DNA of 64,000 nucleotides from Eledone cirrhosa (Eukaryota): NCBI GenBank assembly GCA_964016885.1, contig OZ024761.1, positions 3,472,001 to 3,536,000 of the forward strand, read 5' to 3'. Shown piece by piece: positions 1 to 11,821 of this stretch (position 1 is its first letter; each line of letters starts with the position of its first letter). The notes under the pieces were generated by a model. It saw only the letters and a program-made list of their open reading frames with translations, ran no database searches and was not told where the DNA came from. The position numbers and the translations under genes were made by a program.

Positions 1-2147
1 CACAAACTTCAAAAACGAGACAATCACTTGATCACCTGTAGATCAGGAGAACACGCCAGCCAGATAAATTATATCCTTACTAGAAGACGTGATAGAGTGT
101 CTGTTGTAAACACTAAGTCCCTCCCTTGTGAAGAATGCACCTTTCAACATAGACTAATAGTTAGTGACCTCATAGTCAGGAATAGACGTACTCGACGACA
201 AAGGAGGACTACCTTGAGGAGAAGAATATGGAAGTTGAAGGACCCCATAGCCAGTAACAAATTTAAAAGCATATTACTTGATGCTTTTGACAGTAAGGAA
301 GAGCAATTAGAGACGTACAATATAGAGGAACAGTGGGAATTCTTGAAAGTTAACCTGATGAAGGCAACAGATGAAATCTGTGACTGGAGCAGACCTATAG
401 GCAGGAGGAGAGTAACTTGGTTGTGGAACAGTAAGGTGCAGGAGACAATCAAGGCCAAAGAGCAAGCTTGGAAAGTATGGTAGGATGGGGGAATTAGAGA
501 ACACTATCAAGTCGCCAGGAGAGAAGCTAGGAGACAAGTGTACTTTGCAAGAAGGGAAGCAGAGGATAGAAAGTTCAAGCATGTTCTACAACGCGAGGAC
601 CCAAAACGTGAGGTGTTCAGGATTGCAAGACAATGTGTCAAGGAAAACTGTGATGTTGTCAGGGAGAAGTGTGTCTGTAATGATAATGGCGTACCTGCCC
701 TCACTGATACTGATAAGAAGGTAGCCTGGAAGAGTCACTACGAGAGACTATTAAATGAGGAGAATAAGTGGGAAAAAGATAGTCTGCCCCACATCGATCC
801 AATAGAGGGACCAGCAGTGTTAGTCGAGGGTAGTATAATAAGTAAGGCAATCAAAGATATGAAGACAGGCAAGGCGGTTGGGTATCCGGAGATAGTTGCT
901 GAAATGTTGAAAGCATCTGGAATGATGAGACACACTATGGTCATCCGGATAGTAAACCATGTAATACAGAATGGGGTCAAACCAAAAGACTGGCGTAGCA
1001 GCATCATCATTAACTGCTACAAGGGCAAAAGAGATGCTCTAGATAGGGTAAACTATAGAGGCATTAAGTTAGTTGACCAGGTCATGAAGGTCACAGAAAG
1101 AGTTATTCATTATCATCATCATCATCGTTTAACGTCCATCTTCCACGCTAGCATGGGTTAGACGGGAGTTGTCCCACTTGAGGCAAGGTTGGTTGGGTGA
1201 CCATGTCTCGCTCATATAGGACTATCTGGCAGGTTTTCTACGGCTGGATGTCCTCCCTAACACCAACCACATTTACAGTGTGGAACTGGGAACTTTTTAC
1301 CGTGTTACCTACACGGCCACATTACAGCGTGGACTGTGTGTTTTTTGTCATGACACCTACACGATCTCTATCTCATTATCTCATTTATTTGGACTGGATG
1401 TTGTGGTACCAACTTTACAGAGTGAGAGGGTGGTGTTGGTGGGAGTGGGAGGATAGGGTAGGGTAGTGGATTTGGGTGTGTATTTGGTTAAGAGGTGTCT
1501 ACTGACTGTTGCACTGACTGTACCTAGCTAAAAGTAAACCCCTATACTTAGCTTTTGTTGACTTGGAGAAAGCATTTGACAGAGTCCCCTGAGCCATTAT
1601 CTGGAAGGCCCTTAGAAAACTAGGGGTTGATGAATGGCTTGTGAGAACTATATAAGCCATGTATAAAGAAACACTCAGCAAGGTTAGAATTAACAACGAA
1701 TATAGTGAAGAATTTAGCGTAAAAGTTGGTGTTCATCAGGGCTCTGTCCTTAGCCCCTCCTATTTATTATTGCCCTTCAGACTAGAACAGAGGAGTTCAA
1801 GACCGGCTGCTCATGGCAACTTCTCTATACAGATGATCTAACGCTCATAGCTGAATCAATGGCTGAACTAAAGAAGAAATTCCAAACATGGCAGCATGGC
1901 CTAGAATCAAAAGGCTTTATAGTTAACTTGTCTAAGACTAAAGTTCTAGTATGTAGGAAGGAAAATAGGGCACAGGTGCCCTCTGAGAAATGGCCATGCT
2001 CAGTGTGTAGGACGGGAGTAGGTAGAAATTCCATTCTATGCCCCAAATGCAAACTATGGGTACATAAAAGATATAGTGGGATCACGGGTAAACTATCTAA
2101 GCTTCCATGCTAGTGTAGAAGATGGACATTAAACGATAATGATGATA
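1..2147 (+). mobile_element. Degenerate RTE-clade LINE (family B), interrupted by an inverted 3' UTR piece at 1112-1515
   Basis: Broken frames for the APE endonuclease end (SQINYIL..HRLI), RT (NYRGIKL, GVHQGSVLSP) and a Cys-rich finger; (GAT)n-like tail. Confidence 0.9.
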
Positions 2148-2165
2148 AACATATATGTACATGTA

Positions 2166-2220
<55 letters not shown>

Positions 2221-2385
2221 ATATATATGTATTATGATATTTAATATCCAATATTTCAGAATCCACCAATCCTCAGGAGTAGTTTCTAGATTATTTACAA
2301 CTGAAATAATATATTATGTAAATATATCATATATTGATTTATTTTAACAAAAAAACTGTTGTTCAATTCTGTTCTGTTCACTATG

Positions 2386-2812
2386 AACAACAACAACAAC
2401 AACACCACTACCACTACACAACAACAACAACCACCACCACCACCACAACAACAACAACAACCACCAAGCCCAACCACCACCACCACTACACAACAACAAC
2501 CACCACCACCACCACCATCACTACCACCAACACCACTACACAACAACAACCACCACCACCACCATCACTACCACCACCACCACTACACAACAACAACCAC
2601 CAACCCCAACCACCGCCACCACTACACAACAACAACCACCACCACCACAACAACACCACTACACAACAACAACCACCACCACCACCACCGCTACCACCAC
2701 CACCACTACACAACAACAACCACCACCACTACCACCACCACCACAACACCACTACACAAGAACAACAACACCACTACACAACAACAACTACAACCACCAC
2801 AACAACAACAAC
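2386..2812. repeat. Compound (CAA/CAC/CTA)n microsatellite
   Basis: Directly visible; explains the poly-T/P/H ORFs. Confidence 0.95.
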
Positions 2813-2883
2813 ATCTGACAGGTGTGTATTGTTGTGTCATTCAAAAGCCATATTTCAGAGACTGGAACAAAAGCTGTCATCTC

Positions 2884-2890
2884 TATAAAA
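2884..2890 (+). promoter_or_regulatory. Possible TATA box of the protease gene
   Basis: cTATAAAAg about 440 nt upstream of the ATG; the region is AT-rich so support is weak. Confidence 0.25.
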
Positions 2891-2967
2891 GTTGAATATA
2901 TTTCTATGTTGAGTGACATTTGCTCCCTTTTTATATATTTCCCTCGGATATATAATATATCATTTAT

Positions 2968-3283
2968 ATTGTATATAATATATGATATATAATTTATATA
3001 ATATATAATTTATATAATATATAATTTATATAATATATAATATATAATTTATATAATATATAATTTATATAATATATAATTTATATAATATATAATTTAT
3101 ATAATATATAATTTATATAATATATAATTTATATAATATATAATATATAATTTATATAATATATAATATATAATATATAATTTATATAATATATAATATA
3201 AACATATAAAATATATAATATACTATATATATATATATTTTTAATATATAATATATATAATATATAATATATATTATATATAA
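2968..3283. repeat. AT-only repeat (atataatttatata-like units)
   Basis: Directly visible. Confidence 0.9.
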
Positions 3284-3323
3284 TACATAAGATAACAAGA
3301 ACCCCCTAAAAGTGTCTACCAAG

Positions 3324-3390
3324 ATGTCCCCCCTAGCCATTCTGTGGTGTCTCCTTATTACAACACTTTCTTCACAGACAACAGCCAAAC
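3324..3390 (+). CDS. S1A serine protease, exon 1 (signal peptide)
   Basis: ATG at 3324 reads MSPLAILWCLLITTLSSQTTAK+c, a hydrophobic signal-like peptide, then donor gtaag at 3391 (phase 1) matching exon 2. Confidence 0.85.
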
Positions 3391-3481
3391 GTAAGATTAA
3401 CTACAGAAATAATGGCTTATTTCTGTAAATTCATTTCTTTACTTTTTCTTTTCTTTTCTTTTCTTTTCTTTTTCATTCTTG

Positions 3482-3880
3482 CACCATCACCACCACCACC
3501 AGCACCATCACCACCACCACCACCATCACCATTATCACCAGCACCACCACCACCATCATCACCACCACTGCCACCACTACCATCATCACCACCACCACCA
3601 TCATCACCACCATCATCATCATCATCACCACCACTACCACCATTATCATCACCACCACCACCATCACCACCATCACCAGCACCATCACCAGCACCACCAC
3701 CATTATCACCAGCACCACCATCACCATTATCACCACCCCCATCATCACCACCACCACCACCCCCATCATCACCTCCAACACCAACACCATCACCACCCCC
3801 ACCCCCGTCATCACCACCCCCACCACCATCACCCCCACCACCACCCCACCATCACCACCACCCCATCACCACTACCACCA
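3482..3880. repeat. (CAC/CAT)n microsatellite in protease intron 1
   Basis: Directly visible. Confidence 0.95.
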
Positions 3881-3961
3881 GCTCCCTCACCCCACACCAT
3901 GCCAGCCTCCCCCACTACACCGTATCAGTTACCTTCTATCTATCTCTCTTTCTTTCACCAG

Positions 3962-4112
3962 CTCCCTCACCCCACACCATGCCAGCCTCTCCCGCTACAC
4001 CGTGCCAGTTCCCTTCTGTCGTACATATAACCCTGGAGACAGATGATGGAATGACAGAATGTAGCGGAATCTTGATAAGTAAAAACCATGTTTTGACGGC
4101 AGCTCATTGCTT
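3962..4112 (+). CDS. S1A serine protease, exon 2 (catalytic His)
   Basis: Pyrimidine tract and cag acceptor ending 3961; PSPHTMPASPATPCQFPSVVHITLETDDGMTECSGILISKNHVLTAAHC contains the TAAHC motif; donor gtaagt at 4113 (phase 2). Confidence 0.93.
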
Positions 4113-4639
4113 GTAAGTATATTTTAACAACATTAGTTCCCTCTTAACGTTCTGTTGCACACGAAGTCGCATACTCTTGGGTTCTTGAATAATTGCCCCT
4201 TCTACTCCCAACACTGCTTATTCGTTTTTCAGATTTTTCCACACCACCCACACCCAACCCAATCCCTGTTTATTAAATTTTGCTAAATTATCTCCGGCAA
4301 AATTTTAATTTAATTGGTTAAGAATACAATTCCTGCAACAATTAATTTTCTTTAGACGTTAAAAAACATGACAACAGAAGTACATAACTAGAAATCCCAT
4401 ATGTTATAAAATAAATAGGATGGGTTGGGGTCTCAATGTGTAAACTAAACGAGGAAGGGAGGTTACATATTACTTATGACAGGCACTTCAAATATTTGAG
4501 GCCCCCTGGCTCCAGAAACCCCCATCCACCATTACTCTCACACTCTCAACTTCTGTTGTTTGACAGCTAATAAATCTTGTGTGATAGCAAATAAAAACCT
4601 ATAGCCAGTTATTATACATGAAACATTTTATTGTTGCAG

Positions 4640-4767
4640 CCCTGCCAACCAGTACATCTATGGCAGCTACATCAATGTCGGTACCATCAACCGCACCGAT
4701 GATGGACGATACACAAACTCAATTAAAAACTTTGCCATCCACACCTATTATTCTAGAAATCCAATGC
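4640..4767 (+). CDS. S1A serine protease, exon 3
   Basis: ttgcag acceptor; PANQYIYGSYINVGTINRTDDGRYTNSIKNFAIHTYYSRNPM; donor gtaagt at 4768; phases 2/1 join both neighbours in frame. Confidence 0.9.
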
Positions 4768-4837
4768 GTAAGTAGAGAGATTTAATTGGTTCATTACAGT
4801 GTCAATATCACATTTTTTTTTAAATGTTAGACTAAGA

Positions 4838-5415
4838 TAGATTTGAGTTCATGAGTGGCGGAAGGCAGGAGGCTGAATTAAGTGCAAGAATTGCAGGAGC
4901 TGTGCAGAAATTCACCAGCTTCAGCATTCGGTAATCAGGAAGTGGGTGTAAAGGCCAAACTCACTCTCTTCAATTTGGTATTCGTGCCAACCTATGATCA
5001 TGAATCTTGGGTAACGACCAAAAGAATACAATCGCGAAAACAAGCAACCGAAATGGGGTTCCCCCAAAGGGTCTTTGGTGTTATGTTACTTGATAGAGTT
5101 CACAGATGAGAGAGTCACTCTAGGTAGAGCCACTACTTCTCCAAATTGAGAAATCACAGCTCTGATACTATGGTCATGTGGTTAGAATGACTCAGGAAAA
5201 AAATACTGGACTGATTTTATGGACAAAACCAACAGGTAGAAGTCCCAGGGGTAGACCCTGAGTAAGATGGTTGGATAACATCCATGAGCTTGGTTGGTCA
5301 CACTTCAGTATCAAGCCAGATCAGTTGGAGATGGTTGCTTCTGACAGGACCTGCTGGAAGGAGTATTTGAGGACTCTACCCTCACGACCCTCACAAGAAG
5401 AAGAAGAAGAAGAAG
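4838..5415 (+). mobile_element. RTE-clade LINE (family A) 3' fragment
   Basis: KAKLTLFNLVFVPTYDHESW and YYGHVVRM-like remnants; (GAA)n tail. Confidence 0.85.
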
Positions 5416-5473
5416 TTAGTTATGTCACCAAATCCCTCCAAATTCTTGATTATTTTAAACATATTTTCAAAAT

Positions 5474-6758
5474 CATAGACAGTATCTTTCATTAGAAATA
5501 TAGTAATGAAAGGGTTAATGACATAGACAGTATTTTCATTAGAAATATAGTAATGTAAGGGTTAATGACAGAGACAGTGTCTTTCATTAGAAATATGGTA
5601 ATGAAAGGGTTAATGACAGAGATAGTGTCGTTCATTAGAAATATAGTAATGAAAGGGTTAATGACATAGGTAGTGTCTTTCATTAGAAATATAGTAATGA
5701 ATTGGTTAATGGCATAGACAGTGGCTTTCATTAGAAATCTGGTAATGAAAGGGTTAATGACATAGACAGTGTATTTTATTAGAAATATGGTAATGAAAGG
5801 GTTAATGACATAGACAGTGTCTTTCATTAGAAATATAGTAATGAAAGGGTTAATGGCATAGACAGTGGCTTTCATTAGAAATATGGTAATGAAAGGGTTA
5901 ATGACATAGACAGTGTCTTTCATTAGAAATATAGTAATGAAAGGGTTAATGGCATAGACAGTGTCTTTCATTAAAAATATGGTAATGAAAGGGTTAATGA
6001 CATAGACAGTGTCTTTCATTAGAAATATGGTAATGGAAGGGTTAATGACATAGACAGTGTCTTTCATTAGAAATATGGTAATGAAAGGGTTAATGACATA
6101 GACAGTGTCTTTCATTAGAAATATGGTAATGAAAGGGTTAATGACAGAGACAGTGTCTTTCATTAGAAATATGGTAATGAAAGGGTTAATGACATTGACA
6201 GTGTCTTTCATTAGAAATATGGTAATGAAAGGGTTAATGACAGAGACAGTGTCTTTCATTAGAAATATTGTAATGAAAGGGTTAATGACATAGACAGTGT
6301 CTTTCATTAGAAATATGGTAATGAAAGGGTTAATGACATAGACAGTGTCTTTCATTAGAAATATGGCAATGAAAGGGTTAAAAACATAGACAGTGTCTTT
6401 CATTAGAAATATAGTAATGTAAGGGTTAATGACATAGACAGTGTCTTTCATTAGAAATATGGTAATGAATGGGTTAATGACATAGACAGTGTCTTTCATT
6501 AGAAATATGGCAATGAAAGGGTTAAAAACATAGACAGTGTCTTTCATTAGAAATATAGTAATGTAAGGGTTAATGACATAGACAGTGTCTTTCATTAGAA
6601 ATATAGTAATGAAAGGGTTAATGACATAGACAGTGTCTTTCATTAGAAATATAGTAATGAAAGGGTTAATGACATAGACAGTGTCTTTCATTAGAAATAT
6701 GGTAATGAAAGGGTTAATGACATTGACAGTGTCTTTCATTAGAAATATGGTAATGAAA
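5474..6758. repeat. 48-bp minisatellite in protease intron 3 (~27 copies)
   Basis: Unit aaatatggtaatgaaagggttaatgacatagacagtgtctttcattag; 16-aa period in the antisense ORF. Confidence 0.96.
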
Positions 6759-6966
6759 ATCAACTTGATAATGAGAAAGTTAATTATATTACTAAATCCC
6801 TCCAAATTCTTGATTATTTTCAAAAATTTTTTTTTGGGGGGGGCGGGGGCCAAAGTCAGTATTTATCATTAAGAAAATGGTTAGGAAGGGTTAAATGTAG
6901 CTGTTGTATCTAGCAGAACTTGTAACTACATGGAGGCGATGTTGATGGCATCATTTAATTTTGCAG

Positions 6967-7101
6967 GTAATGACATTGCTTTGATTTCTCTGGAAAAGCA
7001 GGTGAAATATAATTCCTGTGTCAAAGCTGCTTCTCTTCCTAAAAAAGCCGAGACATTTACCAATAAACGTTGTATAGCTGCAGGCTGGGGACAGATTGGA
7101 G
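6967..7101 (+). CDS. S1A serine protease, exon 4 (catalytic Asp)
   Basis: ttgcag acceptor; NDIALISLEKQVKYNSCVKAASLPKKAETFTNKRCIAAGWGQIG contains DIAL and GWG motifs; donor gtaag at 7102. Confidence 0.95.
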
Positions 7102-7364
7102 GTAAGGAGTCTTTTTATGGAGTCACATTGTGCTGTCTGTCTGTGTGTCTGTCTCTCTGTATGTCTGTATGTGTGTCTGTCTGTGTGTGTGTGTCTGTCT
7201 GTGTGTGTCTGTCTGTCGACGGAGGTAGACGTGTGTTAACGAGCTCTGTGTTTTACATTGGTTTTACCTTGTAAAGAGTGAGTTTTGGGATTTATTTTTC
7301 TATTGTGTTATACTTTAACCCCTCGTTTGGGCCTGCAGACGTTGGTGTTATTATTGTTTTCGCC

Positions 7365-7962
7365 CCTTTCTGGGGTCAAAGTTGCCGATCTGTGGGGCTA
7401 TGTCGAACGACTGCTGTCACGGGTGGGACCAATTAGGTTGACCACCAAGTCCATTGTAACGATCAAGCCGCCTCCCCCCTTCAAAAATAAAGGAGAGGCG
7501 GTCTTCCTCTGTGTAATAGCCATGGTAAAAGAGGTTGTATGGTGGACGTGTCTAAAAGGGCTGAGGTCGGACACCTTTCCTTCCGGCCAACAACTGGTCC
7601 TTTTCTTCCGATATCATTTCGGAAGAAGGATCAGGATGGAAAGAGAGGTGCTCCACCCCAGCCAGTTTTATGAAAGGTGGGTGAAAGTTGCGAGAATGGC
7701 TCGTGTGAATGGGCCTTCTCTCTACCTCAGCCTGTAGGTGGAAAAGGAAGAAGGGAGCACCCTCTCTTTGTGCTCCCGTGGAGAAGGGTTGCACATTTTT
7801 TTCGGGGGTGTGTGTGACCCCAAAACGATCCCTCCCTATTGAGGACCTTCTTGTTACAATTTTATTTATTACATTTTTCTTACTCGATTTATATGTAAAC
7901 TCCCCCCCCCCCATGTACATGTCCCTTTCTTTTGTGCCCTCATGGCAAATAAACAGAAATTT
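7365..7962 (+). mobile_element. Tx1/L1-clade LINE 3' fragment in protease intron 4
   Basis: DLWGYVERLLSR..KEVVWW..ERWVKVARMA, homologous to 41220-41560; same 3' terminus tttgtgccc..tggcaaataaa. Confidence 0.88.
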
Positions 7963-8463
7963 GTCTGTGTCATGTGTGTGTCATGTGTATGTGTCAGTGT
8001 GTGTATGTGTCAGTGTGTGTATGTGTCAGTGTGTGTATGTGTCAGTGTGTGTATGTGTCAGTGTGTGTGTGTATGTGTCAGTGTGTGTGTGTCAGTGTGT
8101 GTCAGTGTGTCAGTGTGTGTGTGTATGTGTCAGTGTGTGTGTGTCAGTGTGTGTCAGTGTATGTGTGTCAGTGTGTGTATGTGTCAGTGTGTGTATGTGT
8201 GCATGTGTTCCTAGAACTGGGGCCAGTTTTGGCTGGGTTGATAATAGGGTTCTTATATATAATTATGTTAGATTTTACTTTATATAAGAACCCTTTAAAA
8301 TGGGGGCTTCTTTTTCATAGAGCCAGGCATAGATTTGGTTGTGGGGGTTAACACATGGTCTTTATATATAACTACGTTAGATTTTAATTTATATAGGAAC
8401 ACTTGGGTGGATTAATATCAAAAGGGCTAAATAGTAACCCTTTAAAATAGGTGACTTTGTTTC

Positions 8464-8767
8464 CAAGGCCAGATTTAATGGGGAGCAAAAGGGGCAATTC
8501 CCCTAGGCCCCCTGCAGTAAGGGCCTCACCAGTGACAGACATAGCAATTTATTTGTGCCCTCAGCTGGGCTTTTTAGTTTTAGGGTGGTTAGAATGTTTG
8601 AAGTTAATACCTGTATGTATAACTTTTCAATTCCAATTACTTGCACCAAGCTAACTTTGATATGTAAAATTGGGGGGCAGGGGTTGTTGTGTATTCTATT
8701 TTTTTTTGTGTATGAGGGCCCCAAACCTGAAATGCCCTGGGGCCCCCAAGGTCTAAATCCAGCCCTG
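8464..8767. mobile_element. Possible hAT-like MITE
   Basis: Imperfect 14-bp TIRs caaggccagattta / taaatccagccctg with GGGCCC-rich subterminal motifs; no clear TSD. Confidence 0.45.
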
Positions 8768-8955
8768 GTTGTGGGAGAGAAACAGAGATGGTTTTGGCCG
8801 TCAGGCTTGTATCAAGAGGCTTAACTAAACCTCTAAACACATATATACATATACATACACACACACACACATAAACTCTGTATGTGTGTGTCTATGTATA
8901 TGCATATATATGTGCGTCTATGTAACTGTTATTATTGTTACTGTTGTTGTTTCAG

Positions 8956-9101
8956 CCTCATCGCCCTCATCAGAGAAGCTGTTACATGTCACAATGCCAG
9001 TGAGGGATCACAGTGAATGTACAGCTAAGATGTCTCATGCCTCACTCAATGACCAACATATCTGTGTCGGAGATTTCATGACTTGTGCCAGTACTTGCTT
9101 G
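8956..9101 (+). CDS. S1A serine protease, exon 5
   Basis: tttcag acceptor; SSPSSEKLLHVTMPVRDHSECTAKMSHASLNDQHICVGDFMTCASTCL; donor gtaagt at 9102 (phase 0). Confidence 0.93.
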
Positions 9102-9179
9102 GTAAGTTCACTGATTGAAGTAATGTTTAACTCTGGGCTTGCTGCTGTTACTAACATTAATATTGTGATGTGTTTGACA

Positions 9180-9872
9180 CTGTAAATGTGGTTGGTATTA
9201 GTAAGGGCATCCTACTGTAGATGTAATTGTGTTAGGAAGGGCACCCTGCTGTAGATGTAATGGTGTTAGGAAGGGCACCCTGCTATAGATGTAATTGTGT
9301 TAGGAAGGGCAGACTGGTGTAGATGTGGTTGGTGTTAGGAAGGGCAGACTGGTGTAGATGTAATGGTGTTAGGAAGGGCAGACTGGTGTAGATGTGGTTG
9401 GTGTTAGGAAGGGCAGACTGCTGTAGATGTAATTGTGTTAGGAAGGGCAGACTGGTGTAGATGTGGTTGGTGTTAGGAAGGGCAGACTGGTGTAGATGTA
9501 ATGGTGTTAGGAAGGGCACCCTGCTGTAGATGAGGATGGTGTTACGAAGGGCAGACTGGTGTAGATGTGGTTGGTGTTAGGAAGGGCAGACTGGTGTAGA
9601 TGTGGATGGTGTTAGGAAGGGCAGACTGGTGTAGATGTGGTTGGTGTTAGGAAGGGCAGACTGGTGTAGATGTGGTTGGTGTTAGGAAGGGCATCTTGCT
9701 GTAGATGTGGTTGATGTTAGGAAGGGCAGACTGATGTAAAATTCCCAGCTAAATTTACAGTTCCGCCTGAGCAAGTTATGGTGCGGCCAATTCTGGCCAG
9801 ACTTGCCTCTTGATGTGGACAACCCATCTGACCCTTGCAAGCATGGAAAAATAGATGTTAAACAGTGATGAT
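9180..9872 (+). repeat. Meta-domain-like SINE/LINE tail with a 35-bp tandem expansion (~16 copies)
   Basis: Unit gatgtggttggtgttaggaagggcagactggtgta, then the RTE-type tail gcaagcatggaaaaatagatgttaaac. Unexpanded relatives lie at 14890-15100 (+) and 24566-24680 (-). Confidence 0.85.
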
Positions 9873-9873
9873 A

Positions 9874-9929
<56 letters not shown>

Positions 9930-9991
9930 GGACGAGGTGTTAGATATTCATTACATTTCTTGAGGTGTGACGTGCTTTTCAGCTCAAGTCT

Positions 9992-10535
9992 CGATCTGGC
10001 CCGAATGGAATCAAAAGCTTGTCAGACTTCTGTTAAGGTAATGACAAACTGATTCCCTACAGCTTTGAGAAAAAAAAATGTATATATATATATTTATATA
10101 TATATAAATCAGGAAAGAAGAGTGACACGGTTTGCTATACAAAAAAGGTTTTTAATCTCATTGCTGACAATTGTTTCTCTGAACTGGTAGGTCTAGAGAT
10201 CGCTACCCGCTTGTTTTCATGTTATTTGATCACCAATGCAAAGTTGTTACAACTTTATATTGGTGATCAAAGTTGTAACAACTTTGCATTGGTGATCAAA
10301 TAACATGAAAACAAGCGGGTAGCGATCTCTAGATCTACCAGTTCAGAGAAACAATTGTCAGCTATGAGATTAAAAACCTTTTTTGTATAGCAAACCATGT
10401 CACTCTTCTTTCCTGATTTATATATATATAAATATATATATATACATTTTTTTTTCTCAAAGCTGTAGGGAATCAGTTTGTCATTACCTTAACAGAAGTC
10501 TGACGAGGCTTTTGATTCCATTCGGGCCAGATCGA
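9992..10535. repeat. Near-perfect ~265-bp-arm palindrome containing a Penelope-type end
   Basis: Arms about 9992-10256 and 10269-10535; the segment gaagagtgacac...ctgacaattgtttc...ggtctagag is homologous to 24843-24930. Confidence 0.9.
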
Positions 10536-10536
10536 T

Positions 10537-10676
10537 CATCTTGACAATTACTATCTTCCCATATAAGGAAATTCCCCTTGAGAAGTTTGGCTATTTATTT
10601 ACCAGGCTAAAAATTCTTATTTAGTCCAGAAATAGCCGTCGAAACGGCTTGAGCTCAGCCGACGGGGTCTTACTTG

Positions 10677-10714
<38 letters not shown>

Positions 10715-11503
10715 AACAAGAATGGACCCGACGGCAGAGCACAAGCCGTTTCGACGGCTATTTCTGGACTAAATAAGAATGTTTAGCCTGGTAAATAAAT
10801 AGCCAAACTTCTCCGGGGGAATTTCCTTATATGGGAAAATAGTAATTATCAAGAGGATTGGTTAAAATTTGTTATAAAGACAGATAAATCTATCATGGCA
10901 TTTGGTGGGAGGTAGGGGTGGCTGAACTTGCAAGTAGAACAAAGAGGGAGTGGGGAAAGCCAGTCAGGCGTTGAAAGTGAAATCTATACACCAGATTCTA
11001 AGGATAGTGTAGGTCTTTATATATTTATTTTTATAAATAGTTTTATTTTACTCCCTTTCTATTTACCTATTCTTTCACCCCCCCCCCCTCCTTTTCTCCA
11101 GTACATTTTTTCAACCTTCTATACACTATCCTTAGAATCTGCTGTATAGATTTCACTTTCAACGCGTGACTGGCTTTCGCCACTCCCTCTTTGTTCTATT
11201 GGCAAGTTCAGCCACCCCTACCTCCCACCAAATGCCATGATAGATTTATCTGTCTTTATAACAAATTTTAACCAATCCTCTTGACAATTACTATCTTCCC
11301 ATATAAGGAAATTTTCCCTGAGAAGTTTGGCTATTTATTTACCAGGCTAAAAATTCTTATTTAGTCCAGAAATAGCAGTCGAAACGGCTTGAGGTCTGCC
11401 GCCGGGGTCATACTTGTTCCTATTACCCACTCTACTACCCTAAGTATTGAGTACTTTGGTGCGTTATGGTCCATCTGGTTCCTTACCACTATTCCTTCGT
11501 TAT
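10537..11503. mobile_element. Three copies (+,-,+) of a (TA)n-associated short element with a hammerhead-like fold
   Basis: Arms 10711-11010 and 11122-11422 are inverted; a partial copy lies at 10537-10680; all share gtcgaaacggcttg..gccg.cggg. Confidence 0.8.
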
Positions 11504-11821
11504 ATATATATATATATATTTATTAAAAATTCAATATATCATTAGATATACAAATTTCACATACATGTATGTATACAGCTATGTCAGAGCTAATATTTTA
11601 ATTCTACTTTCAAGTTGAGTCAGCTTACACAGCTCCATATGCAAATGAGTCTAATCAGCCCATCGACACAGGCAAAAAGACCATATATTTTGTATGTGTC
11701 AAGTTCCAGCAGAGAGCAGGGGAAGCACTGTCCTGATGATGGCCAGAGCCTGAAGTGTACATTAACAGTTGTCCCCCATTGCTTCTGCTGGAGTCCGCTA
11801 GATAGCGCTAGCTGCCAGCCT

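Noticed and set aside
3412-3961. Signal peptide plus proline-rich N-terminus suggested by ORF 3412-4116
   Set aside because: It is intron 1 (T-rich tract plus CAC repeat); a better signal exon with matching splice phase lies at 3324-3390.
5492-6853. 453-aa repeat protein ORF
   Set aside because: Antisense reading of a 48-bp intronic minisatellite, with no other coding evidence.
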